Shown in pieces: positions 28,201 to 41,358 of a stretch of DNA of 64,000 nt. Under the pieces are notes generated by a model. The model did not search any database, was not told where the DNA came from, and was given only the letters and a program-made list of their open reading frames with translations. Every line of letters starts with the position of its first letter. Position 1 is the first letter of the stretch. This DNA is from the human T2T-CHM13v2.0 reference genome, Homo sapiens, in assembly GCF_009914755.1 (NCBI RefSeq), contig NC_060934.1; one strand, 5' to 3'. A program made the translations under genes and the position numbers.

Positions 28201-28496
28201 GGCCAGGTGCAGTGGCTCACGCCTGTAATCTCAGCACTTTGGGAGGCCAAGGCAGGCAGATCGCTTGAGCCCAGGAGTTCGAGACCAGTATGGGCAACAT
28301 AGTAAGATCCCCACCCCCTTTATAAAATTTTTTTTAAGTAGCCAGGTGTGGTGGTGCACACCTGTGGTCCCAGATACTCAGGAGGCTAAGGCAAGATGAT
28401 TTTTGAGCCTGGATGATAGAAGCTGCAGTGAGCCAAGATCACACCACTGCACTCCAGCCTGAGTGACAGAGTGAGACCCTGTCTCAAAAAAAAAAA
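28201..28496 (+). mobile_element. Alu (J-like)
   Basis: Dimer with ttgagcccaggagttc, A tail. Confidence 0.95.
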
Positions 28497-29639
28497 GGAA
28501 GCTCCCGCCCTGCCTGCCTTTGGGGAGTGTCATGTCACTCTTCTGTTCAAACCCCAGTGGTTCCCATCTCACCCTGTGCAAAAGCCAGAGCCCTTGCCAG
28601 ACCTACAAAACCCGCAGGGTCTGCCCCATTGTCACCCCTGAGGAGTCAGCCGCATCATCCCTATCTGTAGTACAGAGCGGGTGTGGCTGTTCCACCGCTG
28701 GCGTCAGGTGGGCACAGGCTGGAGATTTTCGGTGCCCCAGGGTAGTATTTGAGACCTGAAAAATAAATGTGATGACCTGAAAGTTCAAAGATAAAAGGGC
28801 AAAATCAAAATTAAAACTTGTTATATGAAACATCTATCAGATGAAAGATGGCAGCTTTAGTAACTATGAAATTTAGTGTTTGTGAAAATTTCATTACATT
28901 CGAGGACAAATTGGAGGTTAGATTTTTCTAGAATTCTTGAAAATTTTCCAGAATTTTCTGGAATTCCCAGTTATGTATGATGATTGCCAGGAAATCAGAA
29001 ATCAAGAAGCTTATATGTTAGTCAAGTTTGTCATAGCCAAATATTTTGAAAAGGAAGTTATAAAAATTATTTCCAATTTTATAGCCATAAAATGTATATA
29101 TGCATACATATGTATATACATGGGTATGTCTCATTACCTTGGAGAGGACCCCCTGGAGACTTCTAGGGCCTCACAGTGCCCCAGGTTGAGGTAGGGTCTG
29201 TGGCCAAAGTGTGAGGTGAGGTGGCTACAGAGGGAATAGCTAACAGAGTTTCAGGTGACAGAAGGAGGAGGTGATATTTGAACAGGGGCTGGCCCACCAC
29301 CTGACTCATCTCCCACCCCACCCTTCCCACACCCACCGCACACACCCACGCCCACAACCACCACCCATCCCCAACACACAGGCCTTTCGTTTCCCTGCAC
29401 CCACTCAACTCTCCCCCAGCTCAGAGCCTTTGCACGAGCCCTTTCCTCCCTGACCCCTGCTCTTTTCATAGGTAGCTCATTCTGTTTCATCTGTCCCAGC
29501 TTAAAACGTCAGCTGTCTTAGAGAGGCCCTGCCTGACTACTGTCTAAAGTAGCTCTGACCCCTCTCCAAATTCTGTTTCCTGCAGAGCTGGACCCACAAT
29601 CTGTGCTTATTTGTTTTGTAGGCTATTTGCTTATTAAGA

Positions 29640-29880
29640 GGCACGTGGTTTAGTGATTAAGCAGGCAGCCTCTGGTACCAAAATGCCCAAGTTCTCACTC
29701 TAGCTACACCACTTACCAGCTGTGTGACCTTGGGCAAGTTGCTTAACCTCTCTGTGCTCCAGTTCTTCTCATCTAAAAAATAGGGCTAGTAAGAGTCCCC
29801 ACCCGATAGAACTGTGATCAGCGCTTACTGAGCCAAGACATAGGAAGCACTGGCACATGGGGAGTGGTCGGTAAATGGTA
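29640..29880 (+). mobile_element. MIR SINE
   Basis: ccacttaccagctgtgtgaccttgggcaagttgcttaacctctctgtg core. Confidence 0.85.
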
Positions 29881-30869
29881 GCTGTCACCATCATCACTAT
29901 CATTACCATCATCTGCTTCCTTTGCTGGAATCGCACTTGTCTTGTTCACTGTCAAACCATACTGCCTAGCACAGTTCCAGGCACATTGTAGGTGTTCAAA
30001 ATATTTCAAAATATGTGTTGTTGAGGACTGATACAGCTGGTGAATATCTTACCTTTCCTTTCCCCTACCCCCTAGCTCAGCCAGGAGGTGGCTGGGTCTT
30101 CCTTGTCGGAGGTAGACTAGGGCGTATGGCCCAAGACTCTCTCAAGAGCCCTCTCTAGACATGGCATGGGCCACAGCACCTGGAGTCGGAGGCACAAGGC
30201 AACCCCAGTGATTTTCAGAGCTTGCATGCAGACAAGTGTCTTCCCACATGTGGCTTCATTTGGGTGCATTTGGAATTGGTGCAGTGTGTGCATCTGCATG
30301 CACTGGGTATGGCCTGGCATGCAGGCACTGAGGATGTCCACCTGCACTGGTGTGCGCTGGCGGAGTGGCCGTCTCTCTGTCTGCAAGGGAGATTTTGGTC
30401 CCACTCTTCTTCCTGGCTCCTGCAGCTGCCTTCAAGGACCTGGCTGATGGGCATTGATTTAGAGCCTTTCAAAGCCCTCCAGCAAAATAAAGGAGAGGGG
30501 AGAAGGAGAGAATTATTCCCCATCAGGCTAGGAGAAAAATGACGGGCGTGAAATGGGAAATAAATGAGGGGAAAGTGGTGAGATTCTACAAAATCGCCCA
30601 GCAGGGAGCCTGCAGGAGAGGTCACAGCCCTCCACCCTCTCCTGTACTCCCAACCTGCCCTGTGACCAGAGAGTGGGTCAAGAGACCCAAAACCATTGCC
30701 CATGCCCTGACCAGGATCACTTGGAAGCAGCTACCCTGGCACTCTCTGGCATGGTAGGGGCAGGAAGAGGGAATGGAAGAGGAGAAACCACCCACCATGT
30801 GAAATGTATCTCAGCCTGTTCAGCAACAGGCCTGGCCTGGAACAAGTGATTTAGCTGCTCTCTTCCTCA

Positions 30870-31223
<354 letters not shown>

Positions 31224-32835
31224 TCAAACTGTTGAGAGAAGCATTGTAGAAACACAAGGAATGCTGGTCTTCTATGTCCATCTGTGAAACGACTTGGCCT
31301 GTTTTAAATTATGCCTGGAGTACCTAAGAGCCCTATCTCCTGTTTGCAAAATGGGGGTGTTGGGCTTCCCTTTATGGAGGCTAGGGAAACTGAGGCAATG
31401 TGCCCACAGCAAGATAAGGACACCTCAGACCTGGAAGGCAGGGACCTCCCCTCCTCTACCCTTTGGTGCTGCGAGGCTGGGAAGGGAGAGGAGGGCCGAG
31501 CAGTCCCTGGTGGGAGTGGGGGCTGCCCCCACCTCTCTGAAGGAGAAGCCTGCCTAGGGTGCCACAGCATTCAGCCCTCCATCAGCCTCTCTCTCCCCGG
31601 CCTCCCCAGGACCCATGGACAGGGGCAGATGGGAGTTCTCAGCCAGGGCAGCTCATCTGTCTGTTCTGGTCTGGTGGCCCCAGAGACACCTCTGGCTGGG
31701 GATTAAGCAGAGGAGGGACAGATTCTGCTGCCAAAGCACAAAAGGCTCCACATCAAGTAAGATGAAGGAGCTGACAAGCCTGGCTGTCATCACCGAGTGT
31801 CCTGCAGTTAAGAATAACACTGTCCTGATGTGGCCCCAGGGACTGTAGTCACCTCTCTCCCCCCACCACCACTGATCTTGTCCACCCCTGGTGCCACAGT
31901 GGCCTCTGCAATGCAGGGTCGGGGGTGAGCGAGGGGTAAGGGGCCACCTCAGGAGCCTCCAGGCTGGGAGCTGGGTCAGCTCCAAGGCTGGTGCTGTGTG
32001 ACCCTAAGACTGGCCTGTGCCTCTCTGGGCTCTGCTTTCTCCTTGTGGAAGGTAGGGCGGTTGGAGGACGAGGGAGCTTCCCCACAGAGCGGGGGATCGG
32101 TGCACGCAGGGGGCCTCGGCGAAGATGAGGAGCCCTCAAAGGCTGCAGGGGGCCCTTTGCCTTTTGTTTATGACCTGGCTGTGTGGGATCTGGGACACTA
32201 AGGGACAGCAGGCTGTGGGGTTCACCGCCCCTGGGTTAGGATGGCACTGAGCACTGACCCCTTCATGACGTGGGGGTTATAAGTGGGGAACCAGGCTGTA
32301 GGCCGGGGAGTTGAAGGGGCCAGAGTGTCTGAGGTCCAGTCCTGAGACCCTGCCCCTTATCAGGGACCATGTACCTCCCTTCCAGGGAGCTCCACCCTCT
32401 CCTTCCTTAACACTCCCCCAGCCCTGCGACTGCCCCAGCTAACTGGGTCCCACCTTCTGAAACTGGGCCCCAGCCATGGCTTCCTTCACATGCCCTGTCA
32501 TCTCTGGTGTCACAATCTAATGCTTCAAAGGAAGGAAGGGAGGGAGGGTTTGATGAGGAGGAACCCAGTCTCCAAAATCCAGGGTTTCAAATCCTTTCAA
32601 AAATCTTAGCTGGAATACAGACTCCCCAGCCATTCCCAGCCCCTCCCCTAGAGAACTCCTGCCTCCCAGCCCTCTCGGACCCCCCTACCGGGCCCAGCGG
32701 GGATGCCCACTTCCTGGGCCAGAGCCAGGATGTCCCCTCCCCAGGACCAACGTCTGAGCTCAGATACTCCCGGCCAGCCCAGAGACACCCTCCCCAGGCG
32801 CGGCTCAGTGAAGGGGTCTGCTCCCTCCCGGGCAG

Positions 32836-33025
32836 GTGGTGGCTGTTGACCCAGACCTGGGGGAGAATGGCACCCTGGTGTACAGCATCCAGCCACCCAA
32901 CAAGTTCTACAGCCTCAACAGCACCACGGGCAAGATCCGCACCACCCACGCCATGCTGGACCGGGAGAACCCCGACCCCCATGAGGCCGAGCTGATGCGC
33001 AAAATCGTCGTCTCTGTTACTGACT
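32836..33025 (+). CDS. CDH23: CDH23 exon 23 (190 nt; VVAVDPD...LDRE...VSVTD)
   Basis: gggcag|GTG, GACT|gtatgg; ORF 32836..33132. Confidence 0.97.
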
Positions 33026-33362
33026 GTATGGACCCCTCTCGCCCCTCACGGCCCCCACACCTTAGGCTGCGGGTGTCCCTGGTGACTGGGCCTCTGGGGT
33101 ACCTGGGGCCCACCCAGGAGGTCTATGTCTGATCACCAAGAGTAGAGTAATACCCACGCCCCAGTTGTGACTCCTAGAGCACCCTGAGGGAACGGAGGGA
33201 GCTGGGGAGGGGAGCTGTGAGGCCTAGGCTGCTTCCTGGAGGGGCCTTTGGGATGGAGGGCTCTGAATCTGCCACCCTCTCACCACTTGCCTTCTTCCTG
33301 TCCGTTTTCTCTTGCACCCATCTTACCCTGTCCTTGGCCCCTTCTCGCCCTGGTCTTCCCAG

Positions 33363-33508
33363 GTGGCAGGCCCCCTCTGAAAGCCACCAGCAGTGCCACA
33401 GTGTTTGTGAACCTCTTGGATCTCAATGACAATGACCCCACCTTTCAGAACCTGCCTTTTGTGGCCGAGGTGCTTGAAGGCATCCCGGCGGGGGTCTCCA
33501 TCTACCAA
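33363..33508 (+). CDS. CDH23: CDH23 exon 24 (146 nt; CGRPPLKA...LDLNDN...SIYQ)
   Basis: ttcccag|GT, CAA|gtgagt; DLNDN linker. Confidence 0.97.
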
Positions 33509-34124
33509 GTGAGTCTCTATCATCTCATTCCTACCAGCCCAGAGGTGGGCAGTGGGTGCCTGAGGAGCCTAGCCCAGGCTGAAAACTTTGCAGGGCTGGG
33601 GCAGGGGAGGAGCTGGGTCTTGAAGGACAGAGGCTCTGGAGATGTGGAGGGAAGTGTGGCAGGAAAAGGATAGGGAGATGGGCAAAGGCAGAGGTAGAGA
33701 GAGGGAGAGAGGCAAAGATGGAATTCTGGAAGTCATGTCCAAGTTTCTCAGGGCCTGATTATGGAGGTCTGGCCCAGGACCTTGGACCTTCCATTCCCTA
33801 AGCCTGCAGATGGTTCTAGAATACAAAGAAGGCCAGATGAGTGTAGCCCTGGGCATCTGCCTCTCCCATGCCTTCTCATAAGCCCCGGATCAGCTCCCTT
33901 TACTACAGTAGAGGGGCCTCTGTCTACTTTGCAGGGCTCTAAAGAGACTTGCCCAAGACCCCTTGGCCAAGCACATGGTCTGATCTTGGGCCTGGCTTCT
34001 TTGCCTCCTGTTCCATCATCCTCTGATTAGAGGGATCCTGAAGGTGCTGGTTTAGGGGAGATGACATCCAGGGTTTCAAGTCCTTTCAACACCTCTGCCC
34101 TCCGGGGGCCATTCAGAAACACTG

Positions 34125-34350
34125 GAGACCCTCCTGGTTAAGAGCATGGGCCGTGGAGTCCAACCAACGGGGATGTGAATCCCATCTCCAGCACCAGGGT
34201 GCTGTGTACTTGGAGCAAACTGCTTAACCTCTCTGAGTCTCAGCTTCTCATCTGTGAAATGGAGATAATAATAGTACCTGCCTGGCTGTGCTGTGGGGAC
34301 TCAATCAGACACACGTATGAAGCACCCTGGAACTTGGACACAGGAAACAC
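34125..34350 (+). mobile_element. MIR SINE
   Basis: cttaacctctctgagtctcagcttctcatctgtgaaatggagataataatagtacc core. Confidence 0.8.
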
Positions 34351-35724
34351 AGTAGCTGTGGTGATCACTGTGTGTCGGTCACGAGGGCTTATACCTGAGA
34401 CACAATGGCTGTATCAGGTTAGCCTGTTCTCATTAGAAGAAGATGGGGTTGTTTGTCAGGATGCCAGAGGGGGTGAGCTTGGTGGTGCCCCACAGGCCCG
34501 CTGTGCCTCAGTTTCTTCATCTGTAGGAGGAGGTGAATGGTGTTCTTTGGCAGGTCCCCAAACTCCCAGCAGGGAGCGCCTCAATCCAGGGAACGGCAGT
34601 CGGTCCCCGAGGAAGCCCCCAGACCGGAGGGGAGGCGGGGTGAGAGCAAGTCAACCCCCAAACCCTGTTCTCTGGGGGCTCACAACCAGCGAAGAAAGAT
34701 GCCCACCAATGCAACTTCTGAGTTCATAGAGGAAGGAGCGGGGAGCGTTTAACTTGGAAACTGTCCTCACATACACGATGAGGGCCCTCCCTTGAACTGT
34801 GGCTCCCTGGTCCCACCTAGGACCTCAGGAGATACAGATTTCTGCTGGTTGTGGAGAAGAGCGTTCTCCAGGGGGTAGAGCTGTGCGCAAGTAAAGTAAA
34901 AGTACTGAGCCCCCCGTCCTGGAAAGCATTCAAGCTGAGTCCAGACACCTCTCGTCCAGTTTGCTGGATGTGAAATAGATCAGACGACCTTGATATTGTC
35001 TCCCAATCCTGAGAGTCTTGGCTTAATCCAAAACTCTTATTTTATTTATTATTACACATTTCCCCAAATGCCTTGAATCCACTTCAGTAAAACATTCAGG
35101 GTACCAGGGTCTTGAGTCGGGCAATCTGATCAGGACTGGAGGTGCAGATGAGAACAGTGTAGGAATTTGGGAGGAGGCTTGCCTGTGCATGGCCACAAAC
35201 AGTTTTTTAAAAAAATAATAATAATGAAATCCTCAAGTGACTTTTAAAAAAGAACCCTTGATGTAATTTTATTTTTGTTGTTACTATCTCACAAATCAAA
35301 GCAAAGCGGGGCAGGGGAAGTCTGTGAATCCAGCCTTCTACGTGGTTGAACTCCAGATAATGGTGGGGTCCTTAAGCTGGAACAGCTGCTCCAAATCTGG
35401 GAGGGCTTCCTAATGGGGAGAGCAGGGGATGAAGGGGAGAAAGCGCTGTAGAGACCTGAGCTCTTATTCTAAAAAGTCCCTCTGCCACCCCATCACCGGC
35501 CTCACTTGGTGCATCTGGACGCCTTTCAGCTGACATGCGACCCCCTTAGAGGGTGCCTGGGAGGGTGCCCTGGGGACAGTGGCCTGGCCTAAGGCTTGGA
35601 GGGGAGCAGATGTGTCTAGCTGCAGCCAAGTGTGGCTTGGCAGGGAGGAGGAGCACTTCTTGGGGGAGAAGCATCCATCCCAGTGTCCCCTCCCCACCCT
35701 CATGCTGCCCCTCCTTGCCCTCAG

Positions 35725-35944
35725 GTGGTGGCCATCGACCTCGATGAGGGCCTGAACGGCCTGGTGTCCTACCGCATGCCGGTGGGCATGCCCCGCATGG
35801 ACTTCCTCATCAACAGCAGCAGCGGCGTGGTGGTCACCACCACCGAGCTGGACCGCGAGCGCATCGCGGAGTACCAGCTGCGGGTGGTGGCCAGTGATGC
35901 AGGCACGCCCACCAAGAGCTCCACCAGCACGCTCACCATCCATG
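35725..35944 (+). CDS. CDH23: CDH23 exon 25 (220 nt; VVAIDLDEG...LDRE...LTIH)
   Basis: ccctcag|GTG, CATG|gtgagg; ORF 35632..36015. Confidence 0.97.
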
Positions 35945-37710
35945 GTGAGGGGGCGCAGGGGCTTCTGCTGTGTGCTCAGTGTGTGGGCACAGGCCTGGGT
36001 CAGGGGCAGGGGTAGAGGGGAGCCCATGTCCCCCACTGCTGTCTATTGGACTTGTAGGCACAGGCTCCCTTGTTAATGAGGTGCCCTCCTCAGCTGGAGC
36101 CATTCAACACAGCAGAGCCTTCTCCACACCTGACCACTGCCTTCAGTGCCCCAGAGCTCAGGGGCAGTGGCCTGGACCTGCTGCCAAAGCCCCATCAACC
36201 CCACCCCTCCTAGCCTCTGATCGTGGCAACAGCAGAGAGGGCTTGAGCAGGGCCCGGGACCCTCAGGGTCATGAACAGGCAGGGAGGGTGCAGAGCCCTT
36301 TGTCTTCTTTGGAAGGCCAGAGTTTTTGTTTGGGAGACATAAAGGAGACCTCCCCCTCCCATGGGTGTGGAACCCCTGGACTGGCAGTAGCAGGGCATCA
36401 CCCTGGGAAGAGAGCAGCTGGGACTCCCAGACTCCCTAAGATCCTCATCCCCCTGGGACTCTCATGCTCATTCCCAGTGTCTCTGCCCTCTATTGGTGAA
36501 GGGACGGGGTACTGTTTCCACTCTGGATGAGTCTTTAATTTTCAGGACAGGATGCAGACATGAGCTGTTGCCAAGGGGCCAGGAATAACCCCAGGGAAAT
36601 AAGGGCAGAGTTTAGCAGGCAAGACATGGCCTGTTCCCTGAGCCTGTTCAATCCCATCCTAGCTCTGCTGGCCTCCATGGGATGGTAGGGGGCGGGGGAG
36701 GGTGTAGTTAGCTCAGCACAGGCTCAGACACTGACCCTCTTCAGTTGAGACCTAAGATGGTGAGGATTTCAGAGAGCACAACATTCTCTCTCCCATTGGT
36801 CCGAAGCTTGCCTGTGGGTTTCTGTTGCCAGTTTCAGGACCCCCTTATTGGCCGATGATGGACAGGGAATATGTCCCAGCTTTAAGAGAGGACCCCTGGA
36901 GGGCCTTTCTCCAAGACTCAGCAGAAGCCATAACATCAAATGGGCCCAGGATCTCTCCTGGTGATACCATTCAGAGGAACCCAAGTGGGGTGGGGATCAC
37001 TTCGCTATGAAGGTTGTCCAAGCCCCATCTGCCTGAGGAATAGGGGCCTAGCATGCAGAGCGGAGTAAACACATCTGTAAGGGAAATTAAACCTTATTTC
37101 GGGGGGTGGGATTTTCAAAGTGAGCTCCCTTTGCTGAAAGTCCGTTGCATGCTGAGGGTAGACCTTGAGGCTCCAGCCCTCCACTGTGCCACTGTGTGAC
37201 TTTGGACAAGTCACTCAGCTGCTCTGAGCTCCCGCTTCCTCAGCTCCACAGTGTGTCTAATAATGCCCACCTCCTAGGGTGCTCAGAGGGCTGCATGTGG
37301 TCCTGTATGGGAAGCACTCAGCATGGGCTTGGCACGCTGGACAAGCTCGTAAATGGTCACTGTCGTCATCGTTGTCATGATTGTCCGTGTTGCCATGGTC
37401 GTTGTTAGGTGCGTACTGGAGAGAGGTTCTAAGGTTTTCTCTCCTCCCTTTGACAGCTGAGCAGCAATAAGCCCCCAGGGCACAGGGACAGCGGGAGGGT
37501 CTGGAGCACTGGTGGGCCTGGTCCTGGCCCCGGTGGGCATGGGGGGCCCTGGGCTTATGGCCAGGAGGTGTTGACACAGATGCCACTTGGAGCCCGTGAC
37601 TCCCTTGGGAATTCATTCCCTACTTGGTCTGGTGCTGGAGACGCTGCTCTGGAGCTGGGTCTTCTGCGGCAGAAGCCAGGCCTAGCCCCGGCGCCCGTTC
37701 TGCCCCGCAG

Positions 37711-37863
37711 TGCTGGATGTGAACGACGAGACGCCCACCTTCTTCCCGGCCGTGTACAATGTGTCTGTGTCCGAGGACGTGCCACGCGAGTTCCGGGTGG
37801 TCTGGCTGAACTGCACGGACAACGACGTGGGCCTCAATGCAGAGCTCAGCTACTTCATCACAG
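37711..37863 (+). CDS. CDH23: CDH23 exon 26 (153 nt; VLDVNDET...SYFIT)
   Basis: ccccgcag|TG, ACAG|gtgctg; DVNDE linker. Confidence 0.96.
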
Positions 37864-37943
37864 GTGCTGCCCCGGCCTCCGCCCACCTGTGCAGGCCTCC
37901 TGGGGCCCTGCCTCCACCCCTCCCAGATGGACAGCCAGACTAG
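37864..37943 (+). CDS. CDH23: Intron-26 read-through C-terminus (GAAPASAH...DGQPD*) of a truncated CDH23 isoform
   Basis: Frame stays open 26 codons past a weak donor to TAG. The resulting 1061-aa length matches a RefSeq short isoform I recall; not verified. Confidence 0.55.
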
Positions 37944-39911
37944 GTGGGGGCAGGTGAGGGTGGAAAAGAGGTCAGGGCTCTACTGTTGGGCTTTAGCCTC
38001 TGGTGGTGCCTCCCGAGGATTTGCTCCTGGCTCTTCCCAAGGGCTTTGCAGCTGGATCACTCTGGACTGGCTCCCTGGGGACCTCCTGAACCTGTTGGTT
38101 GCAGGGACGGGGAGCATCTACCAAGGTTCATTCTAGAGGGAGGTAAGGCCCCATGATTCCTAGGGAGGAGCCCTGAGCCCCACTCCCCGCCCCAAGTCTG
38201 GGTGACAGAGCAGTGACTTGGAGGAATGTGGCCTCATCCTTCCTTGGGGACCTGTTGAGAATTCCCACCTGTTTAGAGGCAGATGGTTTTGATCTCCCTA
38301 AATGAAATGGTTTTAGCTCAAAAATGTTGCCTGGCTGTTGTCTGCAGAGCTGTGGCCACAGATGATGAGGCCATGTCCTGGCTCACAGGGGAAAGTGAGC
38401 TGCAATGGATTAGTGATGTCTGCCACAGTGGTAGGATTGGTAGATGGTGGCGCACATGCCATGGGTTTGCCATTCCTGGATGAGAACACAGCTTCTTAGC
38501 CTCCCCGACACACGAGAGATGCTGGGACACATGGGGGTGCAGTCTTCCCCATTCCTCAACCCTCTTTGGCCCTTTTACTGGCTCAGTCTTCTCTCTGTCC
38601 ATGACCTGCCTACCAACACACATGTTGCCTCTGCATATGTGTGCCTGTACACACGAGCAGGGCACACACCAGCCTTCCCAATGCCTCCCCATGAAGCAAG
38701 GATGCCCAGCTCACAGCCCATCTGTGGCTTTGCTGCGGCCAACGTGACCTCCCAGCCCTCAGCCTTCCCTTTCTTCCCTCACCTCCCTGAAGGGGCCCAG
38801 CACCCTCAGGCCCACTCCTTACAGTCTGGCCCTCAAGTCGGCCCTAGGGAGGGCTTAGTTACTAAGACCCCTCACATGGCACCAGCTCCGTGGCTCCACT
38901 GCCCACACTATTTACGTCCTAGTTCTGCCCTGGGCTCCCCGGGAGTCAGAGTGTGTCCCTTGCAGATGGTACTTCAGACACTGGGGAGCACTGGAGGTTT
39001 GGGGGTCAGGAGGCTTTCCCTAGGGGCAAACCAGCAAGAACAGGGGGAGCACCTGGCAGCCTGCAGGATGACTCTTCAGCACCCCAGAGTGGTGGGCTCC
39101 CGCTGACCTGCCCAGAGCCCTCCCGGATTTTCAGTGCACATTCTGCAAGGAGCTGAGCCCAGTCCTGCCCAAGCTCACCACAAAGCTGGTGCCGTGGCGC
39201 CCTCTGCTGCCCAGAACACCACACTGCTCGCCAGCTGGCAGGGGAGGGGTCTCCACGCTGTTCTGGGAGTTCCTTCCTGACTCCCGTCCACCGCGAGAGG
39301 AGACCCTCACACTTCCCACCTGTCCCAGAACTCAAGGAGACTCAGTAATCCCTGTCTCCTGTACACCTGCCTTGACTCCTCCCTCTGTGGAGCCTCCATG
39401 TCCCCACTCAGGAAGCTTCGCTCCTCAGCCCATCTCACCTCCGAGATGAGGGGCCTGGGGGATGCTCAGCCAACCCCAGAGTTCTCAGCAACATATACAA
39501 GCCCCTATGCAGGTTAGCTGCTCAGACGCTTCTGCAGGACGGGCAGGGAGCAGAGGGGTGAAGGATAAGCCCAGGGACCCACGCATGGAGAAACCCAGAG
39601 TGGCACAGGCACATCACTGAGTGAGGGGTTCTCCTCTGTGAGGTGGAGGCTAAATGAAATGGTCTGCATGAAGTACCTGTAAACAGGAGGTGCTTCGTGA
39701 AGGTTAGGAACGGATTCCAGGCATCTGGCACCCCCGCTGAGCCCACCCAAGCTGCACCCGCATCAGAGCACCTCAGGCAGGGCCGAATCAGCAGCACAGC
39801 CTCCCACTCCTGGACTCACCATCGCGGGTCCCAGCTCAGGAGCAGAGTCCCCGCTTCCCCTGGCCGGGAGCTCTGTTTCCCAGCCGGAAGCTTCCTCTCC
39901 TTCACCCACAG

Positions 39912-40025
39912 GTGGCAACGTGGATGGGAAGTTCAGCGTGGGTTACCGCGATGCCGTTGTGAGAACCGTGGTGGGCCTGGACCGGGAGACCACAGCCGCC
40001 TACATGCTCATCCTGGAGGCCATCG
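39912..40025 (+). CDS. CDH23: CDH23 exon 27 (114 nt; GGNVDGKFSVG...LDRE...LEAI)
   Basis: cccacag|GT, ATCG|gtatgc; ORF 39920..40438. Confidence 0.97.
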
Positions 40026-40577
40026 GTATGCACCAGTCCCGCACCCACCAACACAGTGATCTGGGCAGAGTTCACACAGGGTGCCTCCCAGGAGCTGGCC
40101 TTTTGCTAAAGGCTGAACTCTGCCCAGATGCCAGTGGAGAAAGGGCCACCAGGCACTCACCAAACATTACTCAGCACTTGCCGGGCATGAGGCTCACTGC
40201 ATGGTGCCACATGCAAGACACTAGGATGGTAAGGTGGGAGCTACATGGGAGACCCACATGTAGACAAATTACTGCAAATCCAGGCAAGCCAGCAGGAAGG
40301 GAAAAGGATGACATAAGAGTATTGGGCAGTGGTGCAAACACAGAGTGGGAGAGGTCACGGGAGGCTTCCTTCACGAATCGGCATCTGGGAGTGCCTTTGA
40401 GTGAGTTAGGACCCTTTCAGTTGAAAATTTTAAAATAAAATAAACTGACTTCAGCAATATGGGCTCACAAAACCAGTCCACTGGGAGATGTAACTCCCAG
40501 TATGACTGGATTCAGGGCTCAGGTGACACCTCAGGCTTCAGTCTCTGCACTGGCTGGCGCTGCCTCCTGTGTGTTGA

Positions 40578-40963
40578 TGTATTAGTCTGTTTTCACGCTG
40601 CTGATAAAGACATATCCGAGACTGGGTAATTTATACAGGAAAAAGGGTTTAATGGGACTTACAGTTCCACGTGGCTGGGGAGGCCACGTGGAACTCACAA
40701 TCATGGCAGAAGGCAAGGAGGAGCAAGTCCTGTCTTACATGGATGGTAGCACGCAAAGAGAGAATGAGGAAGACGCAAAAGTAGAAACCCCTGATAAAAC
40801 CATCAGATCTCATGAGACTTATTTACTACCACGAGAACAGTGTAGGAGAAAATGCCCCCATGATTCAATGATCTCCCGCTGGCTCCCTCCCACAACATGT
40901 GGAAATTATGGGAATACAATTCAAGATGAGATCTGGGTGGGGACGCAAAGCCAAACCATATCA
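40578..40963 (-). mobile_element. THE1 solo LTR (ERVL-MaLR)
   Basis: tgtattagtctgttttcacgctgctgataaagac ... ccaaaccatatca ends; 5-bp TSD gttga/gttgg. Confidence 0.92.
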
Positions 40964-41216
40964 GTTGGCTTTATTCTTCAACTCACATGGTGGCAGGTCG
41001 TTGCCCCAGCCTCACCTGTACACATTCTCAGGTTCAAGTGCAGCGGCATGGAAGACAGCACTTGTCTCTTTCCCCTCCCTGGCAGAAGCCCTCAGATCAG
41101 CTCTAGATAGATCCATTCTGCCCCAGTGCCCATTCCTGAGCCCCTCACTGTAGCCAGGGAAGTGAGATGTGCTGGTTACTTAAGCCTAAGTCACATGCCC
41201 ATCCTGGGCCCTCCTG

Positions 41217-41358
41217 CTCCTGGGCTTTTCCTTCTTCAGGCCTCAGGGCAGCCTCACCCCCCACCCCAACCTCCAGGAAGACAGTGCCTAGTGGCCAGCA
41301 GGGCCTGCTGGTGAGGTGGATGGCTACAGGCTGAATCCAGCCTAGGATGTGCAGGGAG
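41217..41358 (+). repeat. 142-bp direct repeat, copy A (partner 44559-44700)
   Basis: 3 mismatches by manual alignment. Confidence 0.95.
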
